DNA from: a candidate division TA06 bacterium JGI_Cruoil_03_38_101
GTDB lineage: Bacteria > Hydrothermota > UBA3072
Assembly: GCA_002215665.1 (NCBI GenBank)
Contig: NGFL01000001.1
Location: forward strand, 2,597 to 57,074
Direction of reading: 5' to 3'
Length of the DNA: 54,478 nt
Shown one piece after another: positions 10,169-20,252 of this stretch; position 1 is the stretch's first letter; each line of letters opens with the position of its first letter. The position numbers and the translations under genes were made by a program. The notes under the pieces are model-generated. The model was not told the origin of the DNA. It saw nothing but the letters and a program-made list of their open reading frames with translations, and ran no database searches.

Positions 10169-11628
10169 ATTTTACCTTTTAATATAAGTTCCTTAACCCT
10201 TTTAATATCCCTCCAGTGTTCTCGATCGCTCTCATAAGGAGGAACTATAGTTAAAATAGGGTCAATAAATTCCCTTAACTTAGGTGAAACAAGGTCCAAA
10301 CCCTTCATCCTTAATCCCTGGGTCGATGCTATTAATTCTATTGCCAGAACATTGGCAGTATTTTCAAGGACTTCCATTAAGGATAGAGCGCCATTCATAC
10401 CCATAGATACATGGTCTTCCTGATTCAACGAAGTGGGTATAGAATCGGTTACTGAAGGGTTTGCAAGTGTTTTATTACGGGATACCAATGCACTTGATAC
10501 GGTATGGGGTATCATATATCCTGAATTTAATCCTGGTTCTTTTGTTAAAAATGCCTCCAACCCAGTTATTCCTGGATCCATAAGATGGGCTATCCTCCTT
10601 TCTGATATTGAAGATAATTCCGACAAGGCAATTTTCATAAAATCAATTGCAAAGGCAATTGGTTCACCGTGGAAATTTCCTCCAGATAGAACTCTATTTT
10701 CAAATAAAATAGGATTATCAGTTACAGAGTTCATCTCCGTTTCAACCACTTCTTGCGAGAAGGATATAACTTCTCTTATTGCTCCATGAACCTGGGGCGA
10801 GCATCTGAAAGAATAGGGATCCTGAACTCGCTGACTCCGTTTTATCTTGCTATCTTTAAGTAAGGATAAGATGTTTGAGGCTGATTCGATCTGACCTCTG
10901 TACGGTCTCAATTTATGGATTTCCGGTAGAAAAGGACCTCTTTTCCCGGAAATACATTCAATACTTGCAGAAGCGATGAAATCGGCATACTGGATAATTT
11001 TGTGAATTTTGATAATGGAAATTGCAGCTATTGATGTCATAAACTGTGTACCGTTTATCAGGGATAGACCCTCTTTCGTTTTCAATTTTAATGGTTTCAG
11101 CCCCTCTTTATTTAATGCATTTAACCCATTCATCCTTTTTCCATCTAAATAAGCATAGCCTTTACCCAATAGAACAAGAGCAAGGTGAGCAGAAGGGGCA
11201 AGGTCCCCAGAGGCTCCGACAGATCCTTTTTCTGGAACTGCCGGAATTATGTTTTTTTCGATCATCAAATATAGCATTTTCGGAATTTCCTCTCTAACCC
11301 CACTATTACCCTTGAGGAAACAAAAGAGCCTTAAGAACATTGCACCTTTAACTATCTCGAGAGGTAGGTCCTCTCCAACTCCTGATGCATGGCTGAGAAT
11401 CAAGTTTTCCTGGAGTTTATCAATTTCTTCTTCTTTTATTTTGGTATTTGCAAGTTTCCCGAATCCAGTATTGATTCCGTAATATGATCTTCCAGCTTTC
11501 CTGACTTTGTTGAGGAACTTATTTGATCTTCTTACATTTTCCCATAAGTGAGAAGGTATTTCGAAAGGTTCATTGTCCAAAACAATTCTCTTAAAATCCT
11601 CCATCATTATCTTATCACTCAATTCCAT
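10165..11628 (-). CDS. hutH: histidine ammonia-lyase (MIO-dependent aromatic amino acid lyase family)
   Basis: GSVGASGDLAPSAHLA carries the Ala-Ser-Gly MIO triad, plus YGINTGFGKLAN. The ORF is open to 11736, but homology begins near MELSDKIMMEDFKRIV, so I place the start at ATG 11628. No hutU or hutI is in the window. Confidence 0.8.
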   Translation of the reverse strand: MELSDKIMMEDFKRIVLDNEPFEIPSHLWENVRRSNKFLNKVRKAGRSYYGINTGFGKLANTKIKEEEIDKLQENLILSHASGVGEDLPLEIVKGAMFLRLFCFLKGNSGVREEIPKMLYLMIEKNIIPAVPEKGSVGASGDLAPSAHLALVLLGKGYAYLDGKRMNGLNALNKEGLKPLKLKTKEGLSLINGTQFMTSIAAISIIKIHKIIQYADFIASASIECISGKRGPFLPEIHKLRPYRGQIESASNILSLLKDSKIKRSQRVQDPYSFRCSPQVHGAIREVISFSQEVVETEMNSVTDNPILFENRVLSGGNFHGEPIAFAIDFMKIALSELSSISERRIAHLMDPGITGLEAFLTKEPGLNSGYMIPHTVSSALVSRNKTLANPSVTDSIPTSLNQEDHVSMGMNGALSLMEVLENTANVLAIELIASTQGLRMKGLDLVSPKLREFIDPILTIVPPYESDREHWRDIKRVKELILKGKI

Positions 11629-11824
11629 ACTTAACAGTATATATCTGAAGGCTAATCTGTCAATGGGATTCGATCCTCTTGCTATTAATACCAAAGCATT
11701 TTTATCTCTTAACTGTAGAATGTTTGAACAAAACAAGAAGGAAAGGATATTTTAAAAAGTTTAATATATATATTTAGTGTGGTAAGGATTACCTTGGGAG
11801 TTTTTAATTTTTTTAAAAATCAAG

Positions 11825-12991
11825 TTAAAGAAATTTTGAAAATAATTTAGAGCATCTTTTTTTACTTCTACCAAGCAGTAAATCCATCCCAAGCTCTATT
11901 ATACCCTTATGATAATCAAAAGAAAAATTCTCTTTAATTTTATCATTGATTGAGGGAGTATTCTTCAAGTGGTTGAATACTTTATCAACTTTGCTTGGAG
12001 ATATTTTGGAAATCAGATTCCTTAAGATGATACCCGATTTTATTTCTTTCCCCATTTTATTTCTCCATAACTTTTCATACTCAAGGAGGAAGTCCCGGCT
12101 AAAATCGTTCGCCCGAGCGGCCTTTAATAAAACTCTATTAGCAATGGAGGCCCCTATGAGACCGTAATGAATTCCACCACCGGTTGTCGTCTTTACCTGT
12201 CCAGCCGCTTCCCCAACTACAATTGCCCTATCACTGACCATCTTCTTTGAATCTCCACAAACAATTGGGGCTTTGTCAATCCTTCCTTCAGGAATATTGA
12301 ATCGCCCATTATTTTTTCGAATAAGGTCATGTAAAACCCTTCCATCGTTTCTTTCCGAAAGCACTCCTATCCTGGTTTGATTCTCAAGGGGTATAACCCA
12401 ACCAAAAGCCCCCAGATATGGACTATTTAGGATGTAAATCTCAACCGGTCCATCGCATTTTTGATCAAATTCTATCCTTCTTCCCCATAAAAGTCTTTTA
12501 GGAGGAACTAAACCTACTTTCCTGTGAAGAGTAAAATTGGTTCCCGTAGTAATAATGACGCAACGGGCACTTTCTTTCTTAATATTCCCCTTTTTAAGAT
12601 ATTTTACACAAACTCTATCCTTCTCATGATCCAGATCAATTACCATATTCTCAAGGAAAGGTTCCACACCCTCTTTTTGAGCTCTCGAAAATAATGCCTT
12701 GTCAATGGTCTTCCTATCAGTAACATAGGCAAAAGGGGAATCCTGAGAATATTGAAATTCAATAAGAGAAGGAGACAGAATCTTGATTGCAGAAATCTCA
12801 TTGATAACCGCATCTTTGGGTAAGTCAAATTGACTGTAAGGGTTTATCCCAATTATTCCAGAACAAACAATACGCTCTCCGATTTCTTTTTTCTTATCAA
12901 AAATACCTACAGAATAACCCCCTTCTGCAAGTAATTTTGCAAGATAAGAACCAATAGGACCTGCACCAATTACAATAAAATCAAATTCCAT
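11825..12991 (-). CDS. geranylgeranyl reductase family FAD-dependent oxidoreductase
   Basis: FDFIVIGAGPIGSYLAKLLAEGGYSVGIFDKK dinucleotide fold and a GEAAGQVKTTTGGGI motif. Confidence 0.75.
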   Translation of the reverse strand: MEFDFIVIGAGPIGSYLAKLLAEGGYSVGIFDKKKEIGERIVCSGIIGINPYSQFDLPKDAVINEISAIKILSPSLIEFQYSQDSPFAYVTDRKTIDKALFSRAQKEGVEPFLENMVIDLDHEKDRVCVKYLKKGNIKKESARCVIITTGTNFTLHRKVGLVPPKRLLWGRRIEFDQKCDGPVEIYILNSPYLGAFGWVIPLENQTRIGVLSERNDGRVLHDLIRKNNGRFNIPEGRIDKAPIVCGDSKKMVSDRAIVVGEAAGQVKTTTGGGIHYGLIGASIANRVLLKAARANDFSRDFLLEYEKLWRNKMGKEIKSGIILRNLISKISPSKVDKVFNHLKNTPSINDKIKENFSFDYHKGIIELGMDLLLGRSKKRCSKLFSKFL

Positions 12992-13081
12992 TGTTTTATT
13001 ATTATATAAGATATTTAATTTTTTTCAAGTAGTAGCATAAGAATGGGGAAACCAGGGTTAAAGGTTTTCTCATTATTCATT

Positions 13082-13849
13082 TTACTTTGGTTTTTCAGCG
13101 ATTGCAAATAACCTCACGCCTTCTTTGAACAACATCTTTTGTATTTTTATCAATCCTGTATCGGATAAAAAGTTGTATACTGAATTTAGGTAGCATCTCG
13201 AAATCTTCAAGTATATTCGAGAGAATTTTCGTAAAATTAGAGCAATCTTTCCCCAGCCTCGTAGTTCATTTTCTATTGTTCCGATTTCAAGAATTCTTAA
13301 TCCGGCTTTTTTAAGGATAGTTTCAAGTTCTTTCTTTGAAAAATTTCTGTGAATATATTTTACTCCTGTAATACCTTTTTCGATGCCAAAAGATTTTAGT
13401 AAATCTGTGGAGAAGAATTCAATCTTTTTCCTCAATTGATGAGGAGTGGTAATAAGAATTTTACCACCTGGTTTCATCAAACTAAATATTTTTTTCATCG
13501 TGTCATTGTAACTTCTAAGATGCTCGAGCACTTCGGACAATAATACAGATTGGAAAGAATTCTCTTTGATAAATAAAGGCCCTTCAATATCTCCAAGGAT
13601 AAAAGCACCTTTTTTATTTCTTTTCTTTGCCCTGGATAATTTCTCGAGGGAAAGATCAATTCCGACAACCTTCCTATCTTCTGTTAATCTTCCAGACCCA
13701 CAACCTATATCCAGAATGGTTCCTTGAAATTCCTTCAAGTTATCCTTGATAAATCTTTCCCTTATTCTTGCTCCAGGGTGAGAATATGTAATGTATTCTT
13801 CTGGGAGTTTTTTCCCTACTTCTTTGTAAAATCTTATATAGTTATCCAT
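13082..13849 (-). CDS. class I SAM-dependent methyltransferase
   Basis: ILDIGCGSGRL motif I and LKPGGKILITTP post-II region. Confidence 0.75.
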   Translation of the reverse strand: MDNYIRFYKEVGKKLPEEYITYSHPGARIRERFIKDNLKEFQGTILDIGCGSGRLTEDRKVVGIDLSLEKLSRAKKRNKKGAFILGDIEGPLFIKENSFQSVLLSEVLEHLRSYNDTMKKIFSLMKPGGKILITTPHQLRKKIEFFSTDLLKSFGIEKGITGVKYIHRNFSKKELETILKKAGLRILEIGTIENELRGWGKIALILRKFSRIYLKISRCYLNSVYNFLSDTGLIKIQKMLFKEGVRLFAIAEKPK

Positions 13850-13886
13850 CTTTCAAAATATTCTCTCAAAGGAAAAACTAAAAAAT

Positions 13887-14984
13887 TTATTCAGAGAGGG
13901 TTAATCCATCCCTAAAATGCACTTTTTTCAAAACAGCTTCACCCATCATAGCAGTAGAAATAGCTTTACCATCTCCTGCAATATCAGGAGTTCTAAAACC
14001 TTCTTCCAAAACCATTTCTACTGCCTTTTCTATCCTGTCCGCAATCTCTCCCAAATCAAACGAATATCGAAACATCATCGCCACAGATAAGATGGTAGCA
14101 AGGGGATTTGCTTCACCCCTACCGGCAATATCAGGAGCACTACCATGGATGGGTTCATAAAGACCTTTTTTACCTTCATTCAGACTTGCTGATGGCAGGA
14201 GGCCTATTGACCCGGGGATCATGGAAGCCTCGTCACTCAATATATCTCCAAATAGATTTGTAGTAAGGATAACATCAAATTGAGATGGATTTCTAATAAT
14301 TTGCATGGCGCAGTTGTCTACATACATATGATTTATCTCTATTTCAGGGTAATCCTTTGATACCTCGTTGACAGTTTTTCTCCATAGAATGGAGCTCTCC
14401 AGAACATTAGCTTTATCCACTGAAGTAACTTTTTTTCTCCTCTTAACTGCTATCTCAAATGCTACTCTGGCAATTCTTTCTATCTCGTAGTCATAGTAAA
14501 CAAGTGAATTTATCCCTTTGATTTTATTTCCTTCCTCCCTTATCTCTCTGGGTTCACCAAAGTAAATTCCACCTGTCAATTCCCTGACCACAACAAGATC
14601 TGTATTACGAATAATTTTTTCTTTCAAGGGAGAGGCATTGATTAGAGGAAGAAATATCTTAACAGGCCTTATGTTTGCAAAAGAACCCATCGCTTTTCGG
14701 AGCTTTAAGATTGCCTGCTCAGGTTTTTTTTTGATCGGCATATTGTCCCACTCTGGGGATCCAACTGCGCCAAGCAGGACAGCATCTGCTTCTTTGGCGA
14801 GTTCTAATGTCTCTTCTTCTATCGGGACACCTTTTTCCTCTAAACATGCTCCTCCAGCAAGTGCATGCATTTTCTCTATTTTAATCTGATAACTCCTTCC
14901 AACCACATCCAGAATTTTTTCCGCTTCGCAGATAACCTCCCTGCCTATTCCATCTCCTGGTATGATTAGAACTTTTATATTCAT
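13887..14984 (-). CDS. leuB: 3-isopropylmalate dehydrogenase
   Basis: IPGDGIGREV, NLFGDILSDEASMIPGSIGLLPSASL and HGSAPDIAG motifs. Last gene of the leu operon. Confidence 0.92.
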   Translation of the reverse strand: MNIKVLIIPGDGIGREVICEAEKILDVVGRSYQIKIEKMHALAGGACLEEKGVPIEEETLELAKEADAVLLGAVGSPEWDNMPIKKKPEQAILKLRKAMGSFANIRPVKIFLPLINASPLKEKIIRNTDLVVVRELTGGIYFGEPREIREEGNKIKGINSLVYYDYEIERIARVAFEIAVKRRKKVTSVDKANVLESSILWRKTVNEVSKDYPEIEINHMYVDNCAMQIIRNPSQFDVILTTNLFGDILSDEASMIPGSIGLLPSASLNEGKKGLYEPIHGSAPDIAGRGEANPLATILSVAMMFRYSFDLGEIADRIEKAVEMVLEEGFRTPDIAGDGKAISTAMMGEAVLKKVHFRDGLTLSE

Positions 14985-15484
14985 ATAGAAAATTTACCAC
15001 TCAGAAGGTATGGGATTAAACCGTTATGTTCTATGAGGTTCATCATTAACTTTTCAAAGGGAGGGAAAGAATACTCTTTCTCTTTCGTTTGGTTGAAAAT
15101 CTCTCCCCGCTTAAGGTCAACTTCTATTTCATCTCCTTCCTCTATTTCTTCTACGATATCGGGGCATATTATAAGGGGCAGGCCAATGTTGAAGGAATTA
15201 CGATAAAAAATCCGAGCGAAAGATTTTGCAATCACACAGGAAATGCCACTGGCTTTTATAGCAATTGGAGCATGCTCTCTGGAAGAGCCGCAGCCAAAAT
15301 TTTCACCCGCAATGAGGAGGTCTCCCGTTTTTACCATACTGGCAAAATTTTCTCGAAGAGGTTCAAATAAATACTTTACAAGTTCGGATGGCTCTGTAAG
15401 ATTCAAATAACGAGCAGGAATTATGACATCGGTATCAATATTGTCACCAAACTTCCAGGATTTGCCCTTTATAATCATTTCCAT
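14981..15484 (-). CDS. leuD: 3-isopropylmalate dehydratase small subunit
   Basis: GENFGCGSSREHAP motif; 4-nt overlap with leuB. Confidence 0.9.
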   Translation of the reverse strand: MEMIIKGKSWKFGDNIDTDVIIPARYLNLTEPSELVKYLFEPLRENFASMVKTGDLLIAGENFGCGSSREHAPIAIKASGISCVIAKSFARIFYRNSFNIGLPLIICPDIVEEIEEGDEIEVDLKRGEIFNQTKEKEYSFPPFEKLMMNLIEHNGLIPYLLSGKFSI

Positions 15485-15485
15485 A

Positions 15486-16748
15486 TCAATTCACCTCCTT
15501 GGGATGTGCAATTCTTCCTACAACAGCTGAAGCTGCTGCCACAGCAGGATTGGCAAGATAGACTTCACTTTTATAATGTCCCATTCTGCCCACAAAATTT
15601 CGGTTGCTTGTAGAAATCGCCCTTTCACCAGCACCGAGAACACCTAAATGACCTCCAAGACAGGGTCCGCAGGTAGGTGGACCGATGACAGCTTCGGCCT
15701 TGGCAAAGACCTCAAGAATTCCATTCCTGAGCGCTTTTAGATAGATCTCGGGAGTAGGAGGTATTACTATCAGTCTCACATGATCAGCCACTTTCTTTCC
15801 TTTAATTACTTCTGCCGCTATCTTTAGATCTTCATACCAACCATTTGTGCAGGAACCGATAAAAACTTGGTCAATTTTTATTTCTCCAAGATCGGAAATA
15901 TTTTTTACATTGGAAGGAGAGAATGGAAGAGCAACCTGAGGTTCAAGTTCAGATACATCATATCTTCTTGTCTCAACAAACTCCGCATCAGAATCGCTGT
16001 AGTAAAAATTGTAAGGTCTCTTTGCCCTATCTTTGATATATTCCTCTGTAATCTCATCTGGAGATATTATCCCATTTTTAGCACCTGCCTCAACAGCCAT
16101 GTTACACATTGTAAATCTCTGTGACATATTTAGATCGGAGATAGTTTCGCCTGTAAATTCCAGCGACCGATATATACTAACTTTATCACCAAGATCCTTC
16201 AGGGTCATTAGGATAAGATCTTTCCCATAGGTCCATTTTTTTAATTTTCCTGTATATTCTAACTTTATAGTCTCAGGCACTTTAATCCAAATCTTTCCGG
16301 AAAGAAGAGCACCAGCAAGGTCTGTACTCCCTACACCAGTAGATACACATCCGAGAGCTCCGTATGTACAGGTGTGACTGTCTGCTCCTATTACTAAATC
16401 TCCAGGCAGGACCAGACCCTTTTCCGGAAGTAAACAGTGTTCTACACCAGCTCTTCCAGTTTCAAAGAAATATTTTATTCCATAATCCCGAGCAAACTTC
16501 CTTAGTTTCTTTACATTCTCAGCAGATTTTATGTCCTTATTTGGTGTAAAGTGGTCAGGCACAAGGGCAATTCGGTCAAGACCTTTTATCTTAGCATTCG
16601 GAATATCCTCCAGGATGTCGATGGTAATGGGAGCTGTTATATCATTTGCGACCATAAAATCCACACTGGCAAGGATGTGCTTCCCGGATTTTACTTCTCC
16701 CTTCGAAACGTGTTTTCCAAGGATTTTTTCTGTGATAGTGCAGCCCAT
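15486..16748 (-). CDS. leuC: 3-isopropylmalate dehydratase large subunit
   Basis: Aconitase-family motifs GADSHTCTYGALG, IGSCTNG and NRNFVGRMG. Confidence 0.9.
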   Translation of the reverse strand: MGCTITEKILGKHVSKGEVKSGKHILASVDFMVANDITAPITIDILEDIPNAKIKGLDRIALVPDHFTPNKDIKSAENVKKLRKFARDYGIKYFFETGRAGVEHCLLPEKGLVLPGDLVIGADSHTCTYGALGCVSTGVGSTDLAGALLSGKIWIKVPETIKLEYTGKLKKWTYGKDLILMTLKDLGDKVSIYRSLEFTGETISDLNMSQRFTMCNMAVEAGAKNGIISPDEITEEYIKDRAKRPYNFYYSDSDAEFVETRRYDVSELEPQVALPFSPSNVKNISDLGEIKIDQVFIGSCTNGWYEDLKIAAEVIKGKKVADHVRLIVIPPTPEIYLKALRNGILEVFAKAEAVIGPPTCGPCLGGHLGVLGAGERAISTSNRNFVGRMGHYKSEVYLANPAVAAASAVVGRIAHPKEVN

Positions 16749-16749
16749 T

Positions 16750-18288
16750 TTAAAGATTGAATTCTTTTTTCTGGGTCATTTTCTTCTTTACATCCAGCCT
16801 GTTCAGAGCGTTGATAAAAGCCTCAGCGCTAGCAACAACAATATCGGTATTTGTTCCTCTACCTATAGAACTAAGGCCTTCTTCTTCTATATGAACAGTA
16901 ACTTCCCCCAGGGCATCTGAGCCGCTTGTGATAGCACTTATGATAAAGCGAGTAAGTTTGCATTTTCCTTTGACTATCTTCTCAATTGCATTGTAAACAG
17001 CGTCAACAGGGCCATCCCCGCAGCCGACTTCTTCAAAGGGCTTTCCGTCTATCTTTATCTGGATCGTGGCAACAGGAATCATATTACTACCACTCGCAAA
17101 ATTAACCGAATCTAATCTGTACTTCTTATACTCCCTAAGAGATTCTTCAGCAACAAGAACTTCAAGATCTTCATCGTAAACTTCTTTCTTTTTATCGGCG
17201 AGTTGTTTGAATTTCTTGAATATACGGTTTAACTCATCATCGGAGAATTCATATCCGAGGGTCTTTAGTCTTGTTTTAAGAGCATGCCTCCCTGAATGTT
17301 TCCCAAGAACCAGAGTACTTGAAGATAATCCAATATCCTCGGGCTTTATTATTTCATAGGTTGTTTCCTCCTTTAACACTCCATCTTGATGAATTCCCGC
17401 TTCATGGGCAAAAGCATTTCTTCCGATAATAGCCTTATTGGGCTGAACTGGTATACCGGTTATAAGAGAGAGAGTTCTGCTGGTGGGATATATACGTTTT
17501 GGATCAACATCAGTATAACAATCAACCACATCTTTTCTTATGTTTAATATCATAACTATTTCTTCTAATGAAGCATTTCCAGCCCTTTCTCCTATGCCAT
17601 TGATAGTACATTCTACCTGCCTTGCACCGGCCTTTATACCAGCGATGGTGTTTGCCACTGCAAGTCCAAGATCATTATGGCAGTGAACACTTATTAAGAC
17701 ATCTTTTACCTTACTGATTTTTTCTTTTAAGTATCTAACAAGTTTGGTAAACTCATCAGGTGTTGTATAGCCCACTGTATCAGGAATGTTTATTATTTTG
17801 GCACCCGCTTTCACAACCTCAGTGAAAATTTCTGCAAGGAAATCTGGATCACTTCGAGTTGCATCTTCTGCCGAAAACTCAACGTTATCGGTAAACCCAC
17901 GAGCAAATTCCACAGACTTCACTGCTCTTTCAAGGACTTCCTCAGGTTCCATTCTTAGCTTGTGCCTCATATGGATTTCTGATGTAGCGATAAAAACATG
18001 AATCCTACCCTTTTGAGAGTATTTAAGGGCTTCCCAAGCACGAGCAATATCTTTCTTATTCGCCCTTGCTAACCCGGCAATCTCAGGACCTTTTAGAGTT
18101 TTTGCTATCTCTGAAACAGCTTCAAAGTCACCCTCAGAGGCGATAGGAAATCCCGCTTCTATTACATCTACATTCAGCTTCTGCAGATGATGGGCTAACT
18201 TTATCTTTTCATCAACATTCATACTGAAACCAGGAGCCTGTTCACCATCTCTGAGAGTAGTATCGAATATCTGTACTTTATTAGACAT
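16750..18288 (-). CDS. leuA: 2-isopropylmalate synthase
   Basis: IFDTTLRDGEQAPG, HCHNDLGLAVANT and a C-terminal LeuA dimer/regulatory domain. SD AGGAGG lies upstream. Confidence 0.92.
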   Translation of the reverse strand: MSNKVQIFDTTLRDGEQAPGFSMNVDEKIKLAHHLQKLNVDVIEAGFPIASEGDFEAVSEIAKTLKGPEIAGLARANKKDIARAWEALKYSQKGRIHVFIATSEIHMRHKLRMEPEEVLERAVKSVEFARGFTDNVEFSAEDATRSDPDFLAEIFTEVVKAGAKIINIPDTVGYTTPDEFTKLVRYLKEKISKVKDVLISVHCHNDLGLAVANTIAGIKAGARQVECTINGIGERAGNASLEEIVMILNIRKDVVDCYTDVDPKRIYPTSRTLSLITGIPVQPNKAIIGRNAFAHEAGIHQDGVLKEETTYEIIKPEDIGLSSSTLVLGKHSGRHALKTRLKTLGYEFSDDELNRIFKKFKQLADKKKEVYDEDLEVLVAEESLREYKKYRLDSVNFASGSNMIPVATIQIKIDGKPFEEVGCGDGPVDAVYNAIEKIVKGKCKLTRFIISAITSGSDALGEVTVHIEEEGLSSIGRGTNTDIVVASAEAFINALNRLDVKKKMTQKKEFNL

Positions 18289-18338
18289 AGATACCTCCTT
18301 TTGGCAAAAATAAAATGCAGGTTTTCATATATACATTT

Positions 18339-18372
18339 CCTCTAATAAAAATATTATTAGAGGATTTTTTTT
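18339..18372 (+). terminator. intrinsic-terminator-like hairpin plus T8, oriented on the + strand inside the leuA 5' leader
   Basis: 9-bp stem CCTCTAATA (18339-18347) / TATTAGAGG (18355-18363) with a 7-nt loop, then A and T8 (18365-18372). Confidence 0.4.
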
Positions 18373-18380
18373 CTCTTAAT

Positions 18381-18409
18381 AAAATATTATTTTTTTTTTG
18401 AATTGTCAA
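18381..18409 (-). promoter_or_regulatory. candidate sigma70-type promoter for the leu operon (TTGACA-N17-TATTTT)
   Basis: Reverse complement of 18404-18409 is TTGACA. TATTTT lies at 18381-18386 after a 17-nt A-rich spacer. Confidence 0.35.
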
Positions 18410-18531
18410 GAGATATTCACCGCTCTTTTAAACAAGTGATAAAGAGGGTATGAAATTTCAATTCCGGGTGAGAGAATAGGGGAGAGGTTTTTTGGATTTT
18501 TACTCTAAGTAGCTGCTGTAATAGAAGAAGG

Positions 18532-19116
18532 TTAGTAAAGCCGCCTTCTCTTCCAGCGCAGGTATAAATATCCAACTGCGAGTCCAGCAAGGTGAGCTAA
18601 ATGAGCTATGTTTCCACCTCCGGTCAATAGCATCAAGAATTCCAGACCCCCAAATAAGAAAACGGCATATTTTGCTTCAATTGGTATAAAGAACGGAAAT
18701 ATGATCAATTTTCTCCCTGGGAAGGTGATACCAAAGGCAAGGAGAATGCCGAATACTGCTCCGGAAGCTCCTATCACAGGAGTGCCTGATTTCATATTGA
18801 ATAAAGAATAGATAAAAGCAGCCCCAATGCCGCAGATGAAGTAGTACTTATAGAATTCCTTTGTCCCCCATAGATATTCAAGTTCCCTTCCAAACATCCA
18901 TAAGACGTACATATTTATTGCAATGTGGAAAAACCCGCCATGGAGGAACATATATGTAACACCCTGCCAGATCCAACCTTTCATAAATTGCCTCGGGATA
19001 AGGGCAAAGAATTTAGTAAAAGGAACCACATGAACAAGAATTAGTTGCAAGAAGAACACCGCAACATTTGCTATAACAAGGTTTCTTAGACCGTTTTGAG
19101 TTTGCCTTATTCTCAT
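18532..19116 (-). CDS. rhomboid family intramembrane serine protease
   Basis: Six-TM profile with the GASGAVFG catalytic Ser motif and a HLAHLAG His motif. Confidence 0.85.
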   Translation of the reverse strand: MRIRQTQNGLRNLVIANVAVFFLQLILVHVVPFTKFFALIPRQFMKGWIWQGVTYMFLHGGFFHIAINMYVLWMFGRELEYLWGTKEFYKYYFICGIGAAFIYSLFNMKSGTPVIGASGAVFGILLAFGITFPGRKLIIFPFFIPIEAKYAVFLFGGLEFLMLLTGGGNIAHLAHLAGLAVGYLYLRWKRRRLY

Positions 19117-19125
19117 ATCAACTCC

Positions 19126-19413
19126 TTAGTATAACCATTTTAATACATACCCGAGAATTAATATTCCAAGGATTCCGAATAGATTTATTCTAAACATAAA
19201 GCCGAAGGTGAGGTTGAAAATATGCAGGTCAAGGACAAATGGATGGAATCCGATCTTTATAGATTCCGTCATAACAGTTTTCACAGCACCTTCGGGTAAA
19301 ATCATCCCCAAAAGATCACCAATTAAGGTTCCAATTATAAGACCCATAAGGAGGATGAATATAGTTAAACTCATTTTCTTTCTTAGTTTACGCAATTTCA
19401 ATTTTCCTCTCAA
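19126..19413 (-). CDS. DUF4321-like small membrane protein
   Basis: 95 aa; the pattern LLGMILPEGAVKTVMTESIKIGFHPFVLDLHIFNLTFGF matches my memory of DUF4321. Confidence 0.55.
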   Translation of the reverse strand: MRGKLKLRKLRKKMSLTIFILLMGLIIGTLIGDLLGMILPEGAVKTVMTESIKIGFHPFVLDLHIFNLTFGFMFRINLFGILGILILGYVLKWLY

Positions 19414-19900
19414 GTTTTGTGAATAACAAATAAGAGATAGTCCCGGTGATAGAACCGGCTACAAGGGCAGATAAAACATAGATAGGGAGGAGGTAGATAA
19501 AAGAAGCCTCAGGGAAGAAAAGGATAGTGGCGAGGAGGATCTGAGTTATGGTATGGATTTCCGCTCCGATAATGCTAATACCGAGAAGACTTATATGTTT
19601 TCCAAACTTAATAGCAAGCCACATAATAATTACGCTCATTATCGTTCCGCTAATTGAAAAGAGGAAGGAGGGTGAAAGCAATCTTCCTAAAAGGAGACTC
19701 CCCATAAATGACTTTAGAATCCCAACTAAAAAGCCCTCTTTGAAACCAAAATAAATGATGGTAAGGAGGATAAAAATGTTGGCAAGACCCAGACGAATTC
19801 CTGGGATAGGTTGCGGAATGTAACTCTCTACCACAAAGATACTGATGGAAGCAGCCGTAAATACTGATATATAGGCGATCTTACTCTGTAACTCCATCAT
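19388..19900 (-). CDS. Gx transporter family protein (Hpre_diP_synt_I-type membrane protein)
   Basis: VESYIPQPIPGIRLGLANIFILL...GSLLLGRLLSPSFLFS...GAEIHTITQILLA is typical of this family. Confidence 0.8.
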   Translation of the reverse strand: MMELQSKIAYISVFTAASISIFVVESYIPQPIPGIRLGLANIFILLTIIYFGFKEGFLVGILKSFMGSLLLGRLLSPSFLFSISGTIMSVIIMWLAIKFGKHISLLGISIIGAEIHTITQILLATILFFPEASFIYLLPIYVLSALVAGSITGTISYLLFTKLERKIEIA

Positions 19901-20252
19901 ATTCCTCCCCTTCTATCCTAATATAAACTTTATTTGGGATGCAAATTATCTGTTCTCCTTTCTTTGATATCCAGCCCACCTTTTTGCATAATTTCAATGG
20001 ACAAGGAGCTTTTGTTACTTTGACCCGCCCATCCTTTATAACAATCCTCGTCGTTCCAATTGCACCCTTAATATCTAACGTTCTATCTTTTGATAGAGGA
20101 TAGATAAATTCCTTCGAGTTGTCAACTCTTATCTCCACTTTTTCCCCTGGAACCTTTGGTAGGAAAAAGAGAGAAGAAAGAAAGAAAATAATGATTGCAA
20201 TATCGCCAATCTTTATAGGACGATATCTACCACTCGACCGCAATTGGAACAA
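19881..20252 (-). CDS. NusG domain II-containing protein (DUF1312)
   Basis: N-terminal TM segment, then VEIRVDNSKEFIYPLSKDRTLDIKG...IKDGRVKVTKAPCPLKLCKKVGWISKKGEQIICIPNKVYIRIEG with the CPxxxC element. Confidence 0.75.
   Translation of the reverse strand: MFQLRSSGRYRPIKIGDIAIIIFFLSSLFFLPKVPGEKVEIRVDNSKEFIYPLSKDRTLDIKGAIGTTRIVIKDGRVKVTKAPCPLKLCKKVGWISKKGEQIICIPNKVYIRIEGEEYDGVTE

Noticed and set aside
11629-11736. N-terminal extension of hutH (MFCSNILQLRDKNALVLIARGSNPIDRLAFRYILLS)
   Set aside because: It does not resemble ammonia-lyase N-termini; homology begins after the Met at 11628. The exact start remains uncertain (ATG 11607/11604 are alternatives).
18289-18531. T-box riboswitch or Leu-rich leader-peptide attenuator upstream of leuA
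   Set aside because: After the candidate promoter only about 90 nt remain. I found no T-box consensus, no specifier-loop architecture and no run of Leu codons; the only mini-ORF is ATG TAT ATA TGA. The single hairpin lacks a 3' U tract on the leuA strand.
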